IMG/VR virus record: IMGVR_UViG_3300012663_000526 | Span: 1 to 64,000 of that record | Strand: one strand, 5' to 3' | Length of the DNA stretch: 64,000 nucleotides | Source of the DNA: a virus | Part shown: in pieces, positions 1 through 8,877 of the stretch | How the letters are laid out: each line of letters opens with the position of its first letter | How positions within the stretch are numbered: the first letter of the stretch is position 1 | Notes under the pieces: model-generated | The model's database searches: none | What the model was told of the DNA's origin: nothing | The model's input: only the letters and a program-made list of their open reading frames with translations | Position numbers and translations under genes: made by a program

Positions 1-359
1 TTCCTGCTTCAGGTTCAGTTGTAGTTACAGCATATGCAACAGTAGCAACAGCCGTTACAGGCCTTGCAGCACCAGTAGGTTCTGTAGTTGCAACAATTGC
101 AGTGCGTGATCTTGCAGGAGAACTTGCAGCAAAGAATGCAGAACTTGCAGTAGCTAATGCAGCACTAGCAGCAGAAAAAGCTGGACGTGCAGCAGATAAG
201 GTTGCAGCAGACAAGGCACTTGCAGATGCAATTGCTAAGTCAGTAACAACACAAGCAGCAGCAGATCTTGCAAAGGCAGCTTACAAGGCAGAGTACAACG
301 CTCTTGCTAAGAAGTGGAATGCAAAGAATCCAAAGGCTAAGGTTGCACTAAAGAAGTAA
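1..359 (+). CDS. C-terminal part of an Ala-rich putative surface protein (5' truncated by window edge)
   Basis: Frame is open from position 3 (PASGSVVVTAYATVATAVTGLAAPVGS...) through an Ala/Lys coiled coil to ...YNALAKKWNAKNPKAKVALKK. Confidence 0.75.
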   Translation, partial: PASGSVVVTAYATVATAVTGLAAPVGSVVATIAVRDLAGELAAKNAELAVANAALAAEKAGRAADKVAADKALADAIAKSVTTQAAADLAKAAYKAEYNALAKKWNAKNPKAKVALKK

Positions 360-377
360 TCTTACTTAACCAGAATT

Positions 378-405
378 GGGACTAGAGAAATCTAGTCCCT
401 TTTTT
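378..405 (+). terminator. Intrinsic terminator
   Basis: GGGACTAGA-GAAA-TCTAGTCCC perfect 9-bp stem followed by a T run. Confidence 0.9.
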
Positions 406-486
406 GTTTTCTATTTAATGTTACACAAGATTGCTAAACATACTCCTGATATAATAGTAATGTACGTTTAAATAAGTAGAGAGGGA

Positions 487-2895
487 ATGGCAAAACGACT
501 AGTAATTAGTATGTTTGCAGCAGTGCTACTGGCACTGCTATTTGCCATAATGTCTCCCAACAAGGCACATGCAGAAGAGACTGTAATACAAGTAGTTTCT
601 GATCCAGCACCAGCCTCTGAAACAGCCACAGCAACCACTCCTATTACAGTTGAGATAGTTGCAGATAAAGTAGAAGCGGCAGAAAATACACTACAGGCAG
701 CAGCCCAAGCACAAGGCAATGCGATCATATCTACAATTCAATCAAATGTTCCAAACACAGATACTCAGACTGCTACTCAAATTGCTACAACACAGGAGCC
801 TATAGCCACAGCTGTTGCTGAAGCTACCGTCAAGGTGCAAGAAGCCAATAATGCAATACAGTCTGCTGAAACAGCAGTCACAGTTGCAGCAACTGCCCAA
901 GCAGCAGTTGAATCACAAACTGCAGTAGTTGCCACAGCAACAACAAATCTAAATAATGCTCAAACAAATTTGAATACAGTAACTCAACAGGTGGAATCTC
1001 AGACTGCTGTAGTTGCTACAGATACAACAAACCTTGCTGCAGCTCAGGCTGCTGCTGATTCTTCAACCGTCACAACAACAACCAATGGGGTTAAGGTAAC
1101 AACATACGCATCACCTGGAGGATCAGAGCCAACAATTCCAGCAGAAAATGCTACACCGCTTTCAACAACAACAACTAACTATATAGCTCACCAATTTGGA
1201 AGTGGACAGGTATTTAATTCTGGAAGAGCAGATAATGTAATTGTAAAATTTGAAGGAAAGATAACTGTTCCAGAAGAAGCAGTTTCAGTAAAATATGCAA
1301 TACATTCAGATGATGGAACAAAGATGTATGTTGATGGCCAACTTGCAATAGATGAGTGGATTGATAAGGGGTCATCATGGAGCCAGTATTCTCCAACCTA
1401 TAATACAACTACAGATAAACAACAGGATCTTGTTATTTGGTACTATGAAAATGGTGGAGCAGCTTCAGTAGTCCTTGGCTGGGGAATAACAAGAGCAGAC
1501 GGAACTGGGTATTTTACTACTCCAGTTAATCAGGCATTTGCAACTACAGTAGTAACAAAAGATCCAGTACTAGTTGCTGCAGTTGCTACCGCACAAACAA
1601 CTCTTAATAATGATACTGCAGTTCTTAATACACTTACTACACAAAAGACTGCGGCAGAAGAGGTCGTTGCTGATAAAACAGAGGTAAAGGCAGAAGAAGT
1701 TGCAACATTAAATCAGCTTACAGAAACTGCTACAGTAACAGTTCAAGCAGCAGACACCCTTGCCAACACAGCAACAACAAAAGTAAATGAAGCAGTAACT
1801 GCAATGACAAATGCAGCACAGGTTACAGTTAATTATTATGCAGAGCAACAAGCAGCAGCACAAGCCGCTGCAAATGCAGCAGCGGAAGCTGCAGCACAAC
1901 AAGCCGCACAACAAGCAGCAGCAGCGGAAGCTGCAGCACAACAGGCAGCTGCACAAGCAGCAGCCGCAGAAGCAGCCGCCAAAGCAGCAGCGGAAGCTGC
2001 AGCAAAGGCTGAAGCAGAAGCAAAAGAAGCAGCGGAAGCTGCAGCAAAGGCTGAAGCAGATCGTGTAGCAGCAGAAGAAGCCGCTGCTAAAGCAGAGGCT
2101 GATCGAGTAGCCGCAGAAGAAGCGGCAGCGCAGGCAGAGCAAGAAGCAAAAGAGCAAGCAGAAGCGGATGCAAAAGCAGAAGCGGATAGATTAGAAGCAG
2201 AGGCAGAAGCGGCAGCGCAGGCAGAAGCAGATGCAAAGGCTGAAGAAGAAGCAAAGGCTCAAGAAGAAGCAGACGCTAAGGCGGAAGCGGAAGCTAAAGA
2301 ACAAGAAGAGGCGAATGCAAAGGCCGAAGCAGATAGATTAAAAGCAGAAGCAGAAGCTGAAGAAGCGGAACAAAAAGCCATTGATAAAGCTATAGAAGAT
2401 GCTAAAGAAGGCAAAGAATTAACTGAAGAACAAAAAGAAATTGTTGTAGATAAACTTCTTGAAGATGTTAAGCCTGGAGAAGCAGTATCATCTGCAGATA
2501 TAAAAGCAGCAGGCGTATCATATTCTGATTTGCCACCAGCAACACCAGTAGATGTTCGTACTGATGAAAATGGAAACGCTGTTGTTATCACGGCAGCAGT
2601 TGCTGCACAAGTAGAGTTACTACAAAACCCAGGTGCTTTAGTAGAAGAATTGTTTACAAATCCAGCAGCAGCTTTGGCTGCTTTTGGAAGTATAGGGGCA
2701 GACATGTCAGACGAAGAAAGAGAAGAGGCAACAGATATGGTTGTTGCTACAGTTGTTGCAGCAGGTGCAGCAATTAACGCAGCAGCAGTTGCTACAGGAG
2801 GAGCCACTGGAGGTGGCACAGGCGGAGGCGGAGGAAGTTCTGGTGGAGGCTCAGGGGCCAATTCACCAGGTTCACGAGGAGGAAGAAGATGGTAA
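487..2895 (+). CDS. Secreted/membrane-anchored PA14-domain protein with TolA-like Ala/Glu coiled coil
   Basis: Signal peptide ending AHA-EE; PA14 motifs (VKFEGKITVP, SDDGTKMYVDG, WYYENGG) at about 1090-1490; AEAAAKAEA repeats; hydrophobic C-terminal segment followed by a Gly/Arg tail. Confidence 0.8.
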   Translation: MAKRLVISMFAAVLLALLFAIMSPNKAHAEETVIQVVSDPAPASETATATTPITVEIVADKVEAAENTLQAAAQAQGNAIISTIQSNVPNTDTQTATQIATTQEPIATAVAEATVKVQEANNAIQSAETAVTVAATAQAAVESQTAVVATATTNLNNAQTNLNTVTQQVESQTAVVATDTTNLAAAQAAADSSTVTTTTNGVKVTTYASPGGSEPTIPAENATPLSTTTTNYIAHQFGSGQVFNSGRADNVIVKFEGKITVPEEAVSVKYAIHSDDGTKMYVDGQLAIDEWIDKGSSWSQYSPTYNTTTDKQQDLVIWYYENGGAASVVLGWGITRADGTGYFTTPVNQAFATTVVTKDPVLVAAVATAQTTLNNDTAVLNTLTTQKTAAEEVVADKTEVKAEEVATLNQLTETATVTVQAADTLANTATTKVNEAVTAMTNAAQVTVNYYAEQQAAAQAAANAAAEAAAQQAAQQAAAAEAAAQQAAAQAAAAEAAAKAAAEAAAKAEAEAKEAAEAAAKAEADRVAAEEAAAKAEADRVAAEEAAAQAEQEAKEQAEADAKAEADRLEAEAEAAAQAEADAKAEEEAKAQEEADAKAEAEAKEQEEANAKAEADRLKAEAEAEEAEQKAIDKAIEDAKEGKELTEEQKEIVVDKLLEDVKPGEAVSSADIKAAGVSYSDLPPATPVDVRTDENGNAVVITAAVAAQVELLQNPGALVEELFTNPAAALAAFGSIGADMSDEEREEATDMVVATVVAAGAAINAAAVATGGATGGGTGGGGGSSGGGSGANSPGSRGGRRW

Positions 2896-3068
2896 GAATA
2901 ATAAAGAATATCCTAAAAGATATGGTAGATCAGGCATGGACTCTCCTTGGAATGTTTATTGCCTGGGTTGTACTAGATGGTAGTGCTAAAACAATTGTTG
3001 GCTATGGAATTATGGCCACAACAGCACTATGGATATTAACAAGTCCTATACGCAATAGGGAGGAGTAA
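2889..3068 (+). CDS. Small two-TM membrane protein (59 aa; not in ORF track)
   Basis: MVRIIKNILKDMVDQAWTLLGMFIAWVVLDGSAKTIVGYGIMATTALWILTSPIRNREE; overlaps the upstream stop and fills the gap exactly. Confidence 0.7.
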   Translation: MVRIIKNILKDMVDQAWTLLGMFIAWVVLDGSAKTIVGYGIMATTALWILTSPIRNREE

Positions 3069-3072
3069 AATA

Positions 3073-3381
3073 ATGGCAAGAAAGAAAGATATCGATCTAA
3101 CAGTTATAGACGAGGCAACAGGTGCAGAAGTCCTTGGTGGCGCTGTCACAAATCTTTGGAATATATTCTTAAGAATCGTTGCTGTATTTGCAGCTTCAGG
3201 ACTATCAGTAATTGGTGCAGGAGCAGTAGTAGGAATCAGCACAGTAACAGCTGTAACAATGGCTGGTCTATTGGGTGTAGCAACAGTAGTTGAAAGACTA
3301 GCTCGCTCATTCCTAGATGATGGAAAGCTTAGCTCAGACGAAATTAATGCGGCATTTTCTAAGGTAGATAAGCAAGCGTAG
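3073..3381 (+). CDS. Holin-like membrane protein
   Basis: Two hydrophobic segments, DDGKLSSDE C-terminal motif, GGAG RBS, upstream of the endolysin. Confidence 0.55.
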   Translation: MARKKDIDLTVIDEATGAEVLGGAVTNLWNIFLRIVAVFAASGLSVIGAGAVVGISTVTAVTMAGLLGVATVVERLARSFLDDGKLSSDEINAAFSKVDKQA

Positions 3382-3440
3382 TTTGACCAGAATGAGGGGA
3401 TAGGTTATAATTGATCTATCCCCTTATTTATTGGAGAAAA

Positions 3441-3581
3441 ATGGACATTGACTTAGATATCATCAATGACCGTATCAGAGATAAAATGATTAATGAAATA
3501 AGCGGACTTGAACTTCCAGAATCCTGGACTCCAACTCAGGTAATTGATTACATAATATATATATTAGGAAAGGGCAGGTAA
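3441..3581 (+). CDS. Hypothetical protein (46 aa)
   Basis: GGAG RBS plus ATG; preceded by a TTGACC...TATAAT promoter; fills the gap before the endolysin. Confidence 0.55.
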   Translation: MDIDLDIINDRIRDKMINEISGLELPESWTPTQVIDYIIYILGKGR

Positions 3582-3585
3582 TACT

Positions 3586-4401
3586 ATGGCCGCAAAAGGC
3601 TCATTAGAAGCAATCATTGAGGTTGCAAAGAAAGAAGTTGGGACTATCGAAGGTCCTAAAGACAACGAAACAAAGTATGGAAAGTGGACGGGTGCAAACT
3701 TTCTTCCATGGTGCCAATCATTTGTTTCTTGGTGTGCATTTACATCTGGATTAGATCCAAAGAAGTATCCAAAGAGCGCAGCAACAATTGCAGCTTCTGA
3801 TTGGTTTAAGAAGAATGATCGTTGGGCAGATGCTCGTAATGATGAACCATCAGCAGGAGATTGGATTTATTTTGATTTTCCAGATGATGGTGTCAACAGA
3901 ATTTCACACGTAGGAATATGCATAAAGAATAACGGCAACGGAACTATTCAGGTTATTGAAGGAAACACTTCAGGAACTGCAAAGGGAGACCAAAGAAATG
4001 GCGGAATGTGCGTAGAGAAGACTCGTGCATATGTCAAAGATAATAAGTTAAAGCTTATTAACGCAGTAGTTGGTTGGGGGCGTCCAGTTTATTCTGGAGA
4101 AGAAAATACACCACTGCTATCAAAGGTTGGATCTTCAGATTCGCCTGTAAAGTCTGCAAAGCCAGCACCAGCAAAGGCTGCAACACCAGTTGTTAAAGCT
4201 GCTCCAGCAGAGTTTAAGCCACTTAAGGTTGGATCTAAGGGTCAAGGCGTCAAGAATGTACAGGCGCTCCTTAAAATCAAAGCTGACGGCGATTTTGGTT
4301 CAGGAACTGCAAATGCAGTAAAAGAATTTCAAAAGAAAGCAAAGCTTCCAGTGACTGGTATCGTAGATAAAGCGACATTTACTGCTTTAAAGTCTAAGTA
4401 A
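3586..4401 (+). CDS. Endolysin: CHAP amidase plus C-terminal peptidoglycan-binding domain
   Basis: PWCQSFVSW catalytic Cys, SHVGI His, IEGNT; C-terminal LKVGSKG..VKNVQ..DGDFG..T..AVKEFQ..L.VTGIVD (PG_binding_1). Confidence 0.9.
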   Translation: MAAKGSLEAIIEVAKKEVGTIEGPKDNETKYGKWTGANFLPWCQSFVSWCAFTSGLDPKKYPKSAATIAASDWFKKNDRWADARNDEPSAGDWIYFDFPDDGVNRISHVGICIKNNGNGTIQVIEGNTSGTAKGDQRNGGMCVEKTRAYVKDNKLKLINAVVGWGRPVYSGEENTPLLSKVGSSDSPVKSAKPAPAKAATPVVKAAPAEFKPLKVGSKGQGVKNVQALLKIKADGDFGSGTANAVKEFQKKAKLPVTGIVDKATFTALKSK

Positions 4402-4402
4402 C

Positions 4403-4432
4403 TTGACACACACAGAAAGAGTTTGATATAAT
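4403..4432 (+). promoter_or_regulatory. Consensus sigma70/SigA promoter of hsp20
   Basis: TTGACA (4403-4408), 18 nt, TATAAT (4427-4432). Confidence 0.85.
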
Positions 4433-4488
4433 AGTGTGGTACCTGCCCAATGGGGGGTACCACACTAACTCGCTTAAAAGGAGCAAAA

Positions 4489-4917
4489 ATGGTAACAACA
4501 ACAACGTTTGGCATGGATTTCTTTAGAGATCCTTTTTTTATTGGCTTTAATCGTGAAGTAGAAAGATTTAATAGCCTACACCAATTAAATCGTGGATCAT
4601 TCCCACCATACGACCTATTAAAATTAGATGACGACAAGTATCGTTTGTCTTTGGCCGTGGCAGGATTCACAAAAGATGACATTACAGTAACAGTAGAGGA
4701 TAGTAGCCTTATGATTACTGGAGATATTACAGAGGTAACAGATGCAGAGGTACTACATAAGGGTATCGCTGGTCGCAAGTTCACAAGATCTTTCGAGCTT
4801 GGAGAATATATGGAAGTATCTGAGGTAACATTAAAAGATGGTATGTTAACTATTGATATTGATCGCAATATTCCAAAAGAAAAGCTTCCTAAGATTATTA
4901 AGATAAATAACAAATAG
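4489..4917 (+). CDS. hsp20: Small heat-shock protein (Hsp20/IbpA family)
   Basis: FPPYDL, LAVAGF, LHKGIAGRKFTRSF, DGMLTI; AAGGAG RBS before ATG 4489. Confidence 0.93.
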   Translation: MVTTTTFGMDFFRDPFFIGFNREVERFNSLHQLNRGSFPPYDLLKLDDDKYRLSLAVAGFTKDDITVTVEDSSLMITGDITEVTDAEVLHKGIAGRKFTRSFELGEYMEVSEVTLKDGMLTIDIDRNIPKEKLPKIIKINNK

Positions 4918-4956
4918 AAGTATCAGACATTGTTCTGATCAAAACTGAATATAGAG

Positions 4957-4999
4957 ATGGCAGGGGGGTCTTGACTCCCCTGCCATATTTAGGTATAAT
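4957..4999 (+). terminator. Terminator hairpin overlapping a downstream promoter
   Basis: ATGGCAGGGG...CCCCTGCCAT stem; TTGACT (4971), 17 nt, TATAAT (4994) embedded. Confidence 0.7.
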
Positions 5000-5005
5000 G
5001 GATAT

Positions 5006-5284
5006 ATGATCAATCCAATTTGGACGGAAGAGGCTATAGAAGCCATTCAAACTAAAAAGCTAAGTATCAAATCATTCTATTTAGATGAGTCAGTATTAGC
5101 AAACGCAGTGCTTGAGAAGGTTGTGGAAAATATAGAGCAGAGGCTTTATGAGTGTCCAAACGTAGAAAAGTACGTATGCAGTGTTTGGTGGAAGCATGAT
5201 GAATGTACAGCCTTTATGAGATTGCTAGAAGATTTAACTGGTAACGATAGATATAGAGAAAAGAAGTGGGTAGCAAATGAGTAA
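5006..5284 (+). CDS. Hypothetical protein
   Basis: 92-aa ORF directly after the promoter, overlapping the next gene. Confidence 0.65.
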   Translation: MINPIWTEEAIEAIQTKKLSIKSFYLDESVLANAVLEKVVENIEQRLYECPNVEKYVCSVWWKHDECTAFMRLLEDLTGNDRYREKKWVANE

Positions 5285-5636
5285 GAAACTACTGCATTTT
5301 ACAGCAGAATGGTGCAAGCCATGCAAAGCAATGAAGCCAATCATTGGTCAGTTTATTGAGCAGAATCCAGAAATGGAGTATGTTTTGGTAGATATAGATA
5401 ATGAGCCAGAGGTAGCAAAAGCTCACGGAGTAATGGGTGTTCCAACTTTTATTAGCTATGTTGATGGTAGACAGCATACATCTCATACTGGAGCTATGCC
5501 ACTTGCAAAACTAAAGCAGATGTTTCCTAAAGATAACGAAGAGATTTTTAAAACATCAGATATGGAATCAGCATACTTATCAGAAACAGATGCCATGGGC
5601 AGAGAAATGTTTTGGAAAGATGCTGGTCGTCCATGA
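5277..5636 (+). CDS. trxA: Thioredoxin
   Basis: FTAEWCKPCK active site and GVMGVPTF cis-Pro loop; short C-terminal extension. Confidence 0.9.
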   Translation: MSKKLLHFTAEWCKPCKAMKPIIGQFIEQNPEMEYVLVDIDNEPEVAKAHGVMGVPTFISYVDGRQHTSHTGAMPLAKLKQMFPKDNEEIFKTSDMESAYLSETDAMGREMFWKDAGRP

Positions 5637-6370
5637 TCAATCCATTTAATAGAAATAAAATTAAAGAAGGCGAGATACATTTTCAACCTATAGTTGACAA
5701 TCCATTTTTTTCTGAGAGTAAGCCAACGCCTTCAATAAAACATTTTCCAAAATGGTATAAAGATATTCCTAGAAATTATAAGCCTAACGAAAAATACATA
5801 GCAAAAAATCCTACAAGACTTACAGCAATGCCTGCAGGAACGGTAAAGAAATGTGTTCCAGTTATGGACGGTATGGGCGCTGGATATATGTACACTACAC
5901 CAGTAGAAGTAATCTTTGATGTAAACTCAGCAACATTTGCTTGGGCTCATGACTTTGAGTTTATTCAATGGCATCAGCAAGAACAGATAGATGGATGGCA
6001 AGCAACAGATGAGTATATTCCTATTGCATTTAAGTGGAGAAATTTAAATGTAATTAAGACTCCACCAGGATGGTCTTGTTTATTTACTCATCCACTAAAT
6101 AGAATGGATCTACCATTCCAAACTTTATCAGCTGTAGTAGATACAGATAAACATACAGCTCCTACACATTTTCCATTTTTTATGAAGCAAGGATTTAATG
6201 GAAAGATACCCATGGGAACACCAATCGTACAAATAATTCCATTCAAGCGTCAAGAATGGAAGTCGGTAACTGACAAGTATGATAAATATGGTGCTGCAAT
6301 GTTCAAAGAAACATTATTAGTAGAAGATAACTATAAAAAGAACACTTGGGAGAGCAAGAAGTATGAATGA
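5633..6370 (+). CDS. Conserved phage protein, DUF6065-like (possibly dUTPase-like fold); paralog of the genes at 34.7-37.2 kb
   Basis: PKWYK, KKCVP, KTPPGWSCLFTHPLNR, VVDTD, GTPIVQIIPFKR motifs shared with 34704 and 35643. Confidence 0.7.
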   Translation: MINPFNRNKIKEGEIHFQPIVDNPFFSESKPTPSIKHFPKWYKDIPRNYKPNEKYIAKNPTRLTAMPAGTVKKCVPVMDGMGAGYMYTTPVEVIFDVNSATFAWAHDFEFIQWHQQEQIDGWQATDEYIPIAFKWRNLNVIKTPPGWSCLFTHPLNRMDLPFQTLSAVVDTDKHTAPTHFPFFMKQGFNGKIPMGTPIVQIIPFKRQEWKSVTDKYDKYGAAMFKETLLVEDNYKKNTWESKKYE

Positions 6371-6587
6371 TTGTGGCGGACCAAAACCAATACACTCATT
6401 TAGACGTGCCCTAGAGAATATTAATAATACACCTAACTATCAGTATGAGCTGTTTAGTGTGTTAGAAGAGACTAGATGGATTCCAATGGAAGATAGGGTA
6501 GAGAAGTCTACCTTCTATCATATGTATCCGTATGATTATATTGTTAACTATATTAGTTCTTGGGAGAAGAAGAACGCTTTGGCTTAG
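6363..6587 (+). CDS. Hypothetical protein
   Basis: 74-aa ORF coupled to the upstream gene. Confidence 0.5.
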   Translation: MNDCGGPKPIHSFRRALENINNTPNYQYELFSVLEETRWIPMEDRVEKSTFYHMYPYDYIVNYISSWEKKNALA

Positions 6588-6858
6588 CTACAGCTTCTTC
6601 AATACGATCAATTGCATCACGCAATGATGATCCATGATTATTGAATAGCTCTTCCTTGATTGTCTTAAGTTCGCCTTCAATATAATCAAATCTTTTATTG
6701 CCTTCAGCAAGTCTTTCTATAACTCCAGGAGCATCTTCAGTTCCATACCAATCAGTTATAAAATGAAACCATGTTCTAAAAAGTTTAAATAGTCTAGTAA
6801 GAAAATAGCCAAGTCCTGATGCAGCAGCGGCTAGCAATACTATAAGTTCGAGGGTCAT
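6553..6858 (-). CDS. Single-TM coiled-coil protein of the actinophage lysis-associated type (DUF2746-like)
   Basis: N-terminal TM helix; NNHGSSLRDAIDRIE motif. Confidence 0.6.
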   Translation of the reverse strand: MTLELIVLLAAAASGLGYFLTRLFKLFRTWFHFITDWYGTEDAPGVIERLAEGNKRFDYIEGELKTIKEELFNNHGSSLRDAIDRIEEAVAKPKRSSSPKN

Positions 6859-6976
6859 ATTTATTTGCATAATAGTATAATTATACATTAGTATTTATTT
6901 AAAATGTGGATAAATATGTGTATAACTTTTATAGTTGACAAACTTTTTTTAATCGACTATAATTAATATATAGCAA

Positions 6977-7054
6977 CGCAGAGTAGAGAAGCTCGGTTAT
7001 CTCGTCTGGCTCATAACCAGAAGGCCATGGGTTCGAATCCCATCTCTGCTACCA
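6977..7054 (+). tRNA. tRNA-Met(CAU), initiator-like
   Basis: Cloverleaf; anticodon loop CTCATAA; C1:U72 mismatch; GGTTCGAATCC; encoded CCA; upstream TTGACA...TATAAT promoter at about 6934-6963. Confidence 0.92.
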
Positions 7055-7082
7055 GTCTTGGAACATGACTTAAAACTGTTCT
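7054..7082 (+). ncRNA. H-type pseudoknot motif, copy 1
   Basis: AGTC/GACT stem 1, GGAACA/TGTTCT stem 2, TAAAAC loop. Confidence 0.6.
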
Positions 7083-7113
7083 TATTTCCTAACCAATGGG
7101 TGGTTGGAAAAAC

Positions 7114-7142
7114 GACCTGAGTAAGTCTAAGTAAACTGCTCA
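7114..7142 (+). ncRNA. H-type pseudoknot motif, copy 2
   Basis: GAC/GTC stem 1, TGAGTA/TGCTCA stem 2. Confidence 0.65.
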
Positions 7143-7160
7143 TTTTATTTCCACTAATTA

Positions 7161-7264
7161 GAGTGGTAGTGTGTTAGAGTTGGTGGAAGCCTATATCGTA
7201 AGAATAGGAATACCTGGAGTTACACAGAAGGTGTATCTATAAGCAACAGGGCACACTATCACTT
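7161..7264 (+). ncRNA. Unidentified structured RNA (long closing stem, multibranch interior)
   Basis: AGTGGTAGTGTG pairs with CACACTATCACT; inner helices GTTG/CAAC, CCTAT/ATAGG, TACAC/GTGTA. Confidence 0.5.
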
Positions 7265-7282
7265 GAAAATGAAAGGTTAATT

Positions 7283-7486
7283 ATGTCGACACAAGATATC
7301 TATTTTTATGGCGGTGAAGATGGAAGCTTCATTAAGACATTTAAAGATAAGCAAGACGGGCTATGGTATTCCCTACATTCAGGTCCAAACAAAAGAATGT
7401 TCTTTATGGCACTAGGTATGAAGACAGAAAAAGAAGCATACGATCTGATCGTAAAAACATCTACAGAAAAGAGAGAAAATGATTAA
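7283..7486 (+). CDS. Hypothetical protein
   Basis: GAAAGG RBS; 67 aa. Confidence 0.65.
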   Translation: MSTQDIYFYGGEDGSFIKTFKDKQDGLWYSLHSGPNKRMFFMALGMKTEKEAYDLIVKTSTEKREND

Positions 7487-7772
7487 GCCAGTAGGAGGAC
7501 TACTCCTTGTAAAGCGCAATCAGTCAGCAGATAAAACCACCAAGAGTGGGTTAGTTATTTCGGCTGCGTTATCAGAAAGTGATATGAAGACTGGAACTAT
7601 TATTGATATGGGCGCAGGAGAGCAGAACTACCTTGGCGATATTATTCCAATTATTGATCTAAATATAGGAGATACTGTCTACTATACAGAGCGTAGTGTA
7701 ACGGAAATTGAAGATGAGGACTCATCAAAGTATGACCTTATTAGCTCAAAGAATGTGCTGGCAAAGCGATGA
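7479..7772 (+). CDS. groES: GroES-like co-chaperonin
   Basis: IKPVGGLLLVKR, TKSGLVIS mobile loop, GTIIDMGAG, IGDTVYY, ISSKNVLA. Confidence 0.88.
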   Translation: MIKPVGGLLLVKRNQSADKTTKSGLVISAALSESDMKTGTIIDMGAGEQNYLGDIIPIIDLNIGDTVYYTERSVTEIEDEDSSKYDLISSKNVLAKR

Positions 7773-7918
7773 GTCAAAAGCGGAATCAAAAGCAGTTAAA
7801 GCGACGTAAGAATAAGGCTAAAGACGCAAAGCATTTTCAGATGAGGCAGTTTAATAGATTTGCACAGAATCTACTGGCCCAGATGCAGCAGGAAAATAAA
7901 GAAGATAATGTTAAATAA
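7769..7918 (+). CDS. Small basic hypothetical protein (49 aa)
   Basis: ATGA overlap with the groES stop; MSQKRNQKQLKRRKNK... Confidence 0.55.
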   Translation: MSQKRNQKQLKRRKNKAKDAKHFQMRQFNRFAQNLLAQMQQENKEDNVK

Positions 7919-8054
7919 GTTTATTAGTATTATTATATGTAAGCCTAAAGGACATAATCTAATATCATCGGCATCGTGCCCATTTACTGGTATAACCTAC
8001 AAGTATTGTGGCAGATGTAAGGCAATGATCCCTACACAAAAAGCAGTTGACTAG
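7908..8054 (+). CDS. Small Cys/His (Zn-binding) protein
   Basis: C..KGH...CPFTG...CGRC. Confidence 0.55.
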   Translation: MLNKFISIIICKPKGHNLISSASCPFTGITYKYCGRCKAMIPTQKAVD

Positions 8055-8082
8055 AATCATATTAGTATAGTATACTGAATAT

Positions 8083-8292
8083 ATGATCCATAATATGGAA
8101 ATACCAGACCCATTCGCTACATTTGTGGCGGATAGGGACAAAGACTCAAAGCTACCTAAGTATGACTACTTTGCTAGAGAGTGGAGTATGATTACTGCAT
8201 GTTGTGAAACAGAATTATTTGCAGCCAATAGGAAGATGTTAACTAAGATTAGGTTATATCATACTAGGAATGAGTGTATGGGTGGATACTGA
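8083..8292 (+). CDS. Hypothetical protein
   Basis: Follows a TTGACT...TATACT promoter; 69 aa. Confidence 0.6.
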   Translation: MIHNMEIPDPFATFVADRDKDSKLPKYDYFAREWSMITACCETELFAANRKMLTKIRLYHTRNECMGGY

Positions 8293-8397
8293 GAAAGATT
8301 TTGATGAGGAGTTTGAAATGGGATGCGTTAAGTGCGGAATGAAGCAAGAGCATATTGAGTACTGGGATACTCATCAGACTATGACTGACTATAAGGT

Positions 8398-8877
8398 GTG
8401 GTGTACGAATTGAAGAAAAGAATAAAGATTTTTGTTAGTATTATATTACTGACTATTATAGTGATTCCAGGATCAAGCGCTAGACCACAGGATGCCCAGC
8501 ACTGGGCTGGCCCCTCTAAGCCTTTACCTAAGCCACTTAAGGTAAAGTTTAACGTCTCCTCTTGCGACAGGCTAGATCAGTCAGTGAGCCGCCAGGCAGA
8601 TGCAATGGTATCTTATCTGGGTAATAGAACTAGAACTAATAAGGATGCGGTAATAAAAGCTACGCAGGAGCTTTCAGGTCTATTCCTATATGAGCAGAAA
8701 AGATTCCCAGAATCAATTAGACCATATATGCGAAAAGTGAGTGAGGCGGCGGTAGAAGAGCTCACTCGAATTTCTAGTAAAGGCGTACCTACATGGAGTT
8801 ACTCCATCAATGACGCATATCTAGTATATGTTGATAAAATCCAGGAATTGGGTTATGTAGGGGAGAAGTGTCTATGA
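8398..8877 (+). CDS. Secreted/membrane hypothetical protein
   Basis: Basic N-terminus plus hydrophobic helix; start uncertain. Confidence 0.6.
   Translation: MVYELKKRIKIFVSIILLTIIVIPGSSARPQDAQHWAGPSKPLPKPLKVKFNVSSCDRLDQSVSRQADAMVSYLGNRTRTNKDAVIKATQELSGLFLYEQKRFPESIRPYMRKVSEAAVEELTRISSKGVPTWSYSINDAYLVYVDKIQELGYVGEKCL

Noticed and set aside
1708-2861. Antisense and alternate-frame ORFs (Cys-rich 149 aa, Leu-rich 72 aa, 200 aa)
   Set aside because: Shadows of the GCA/GAA-rich repeat gene on the + strand
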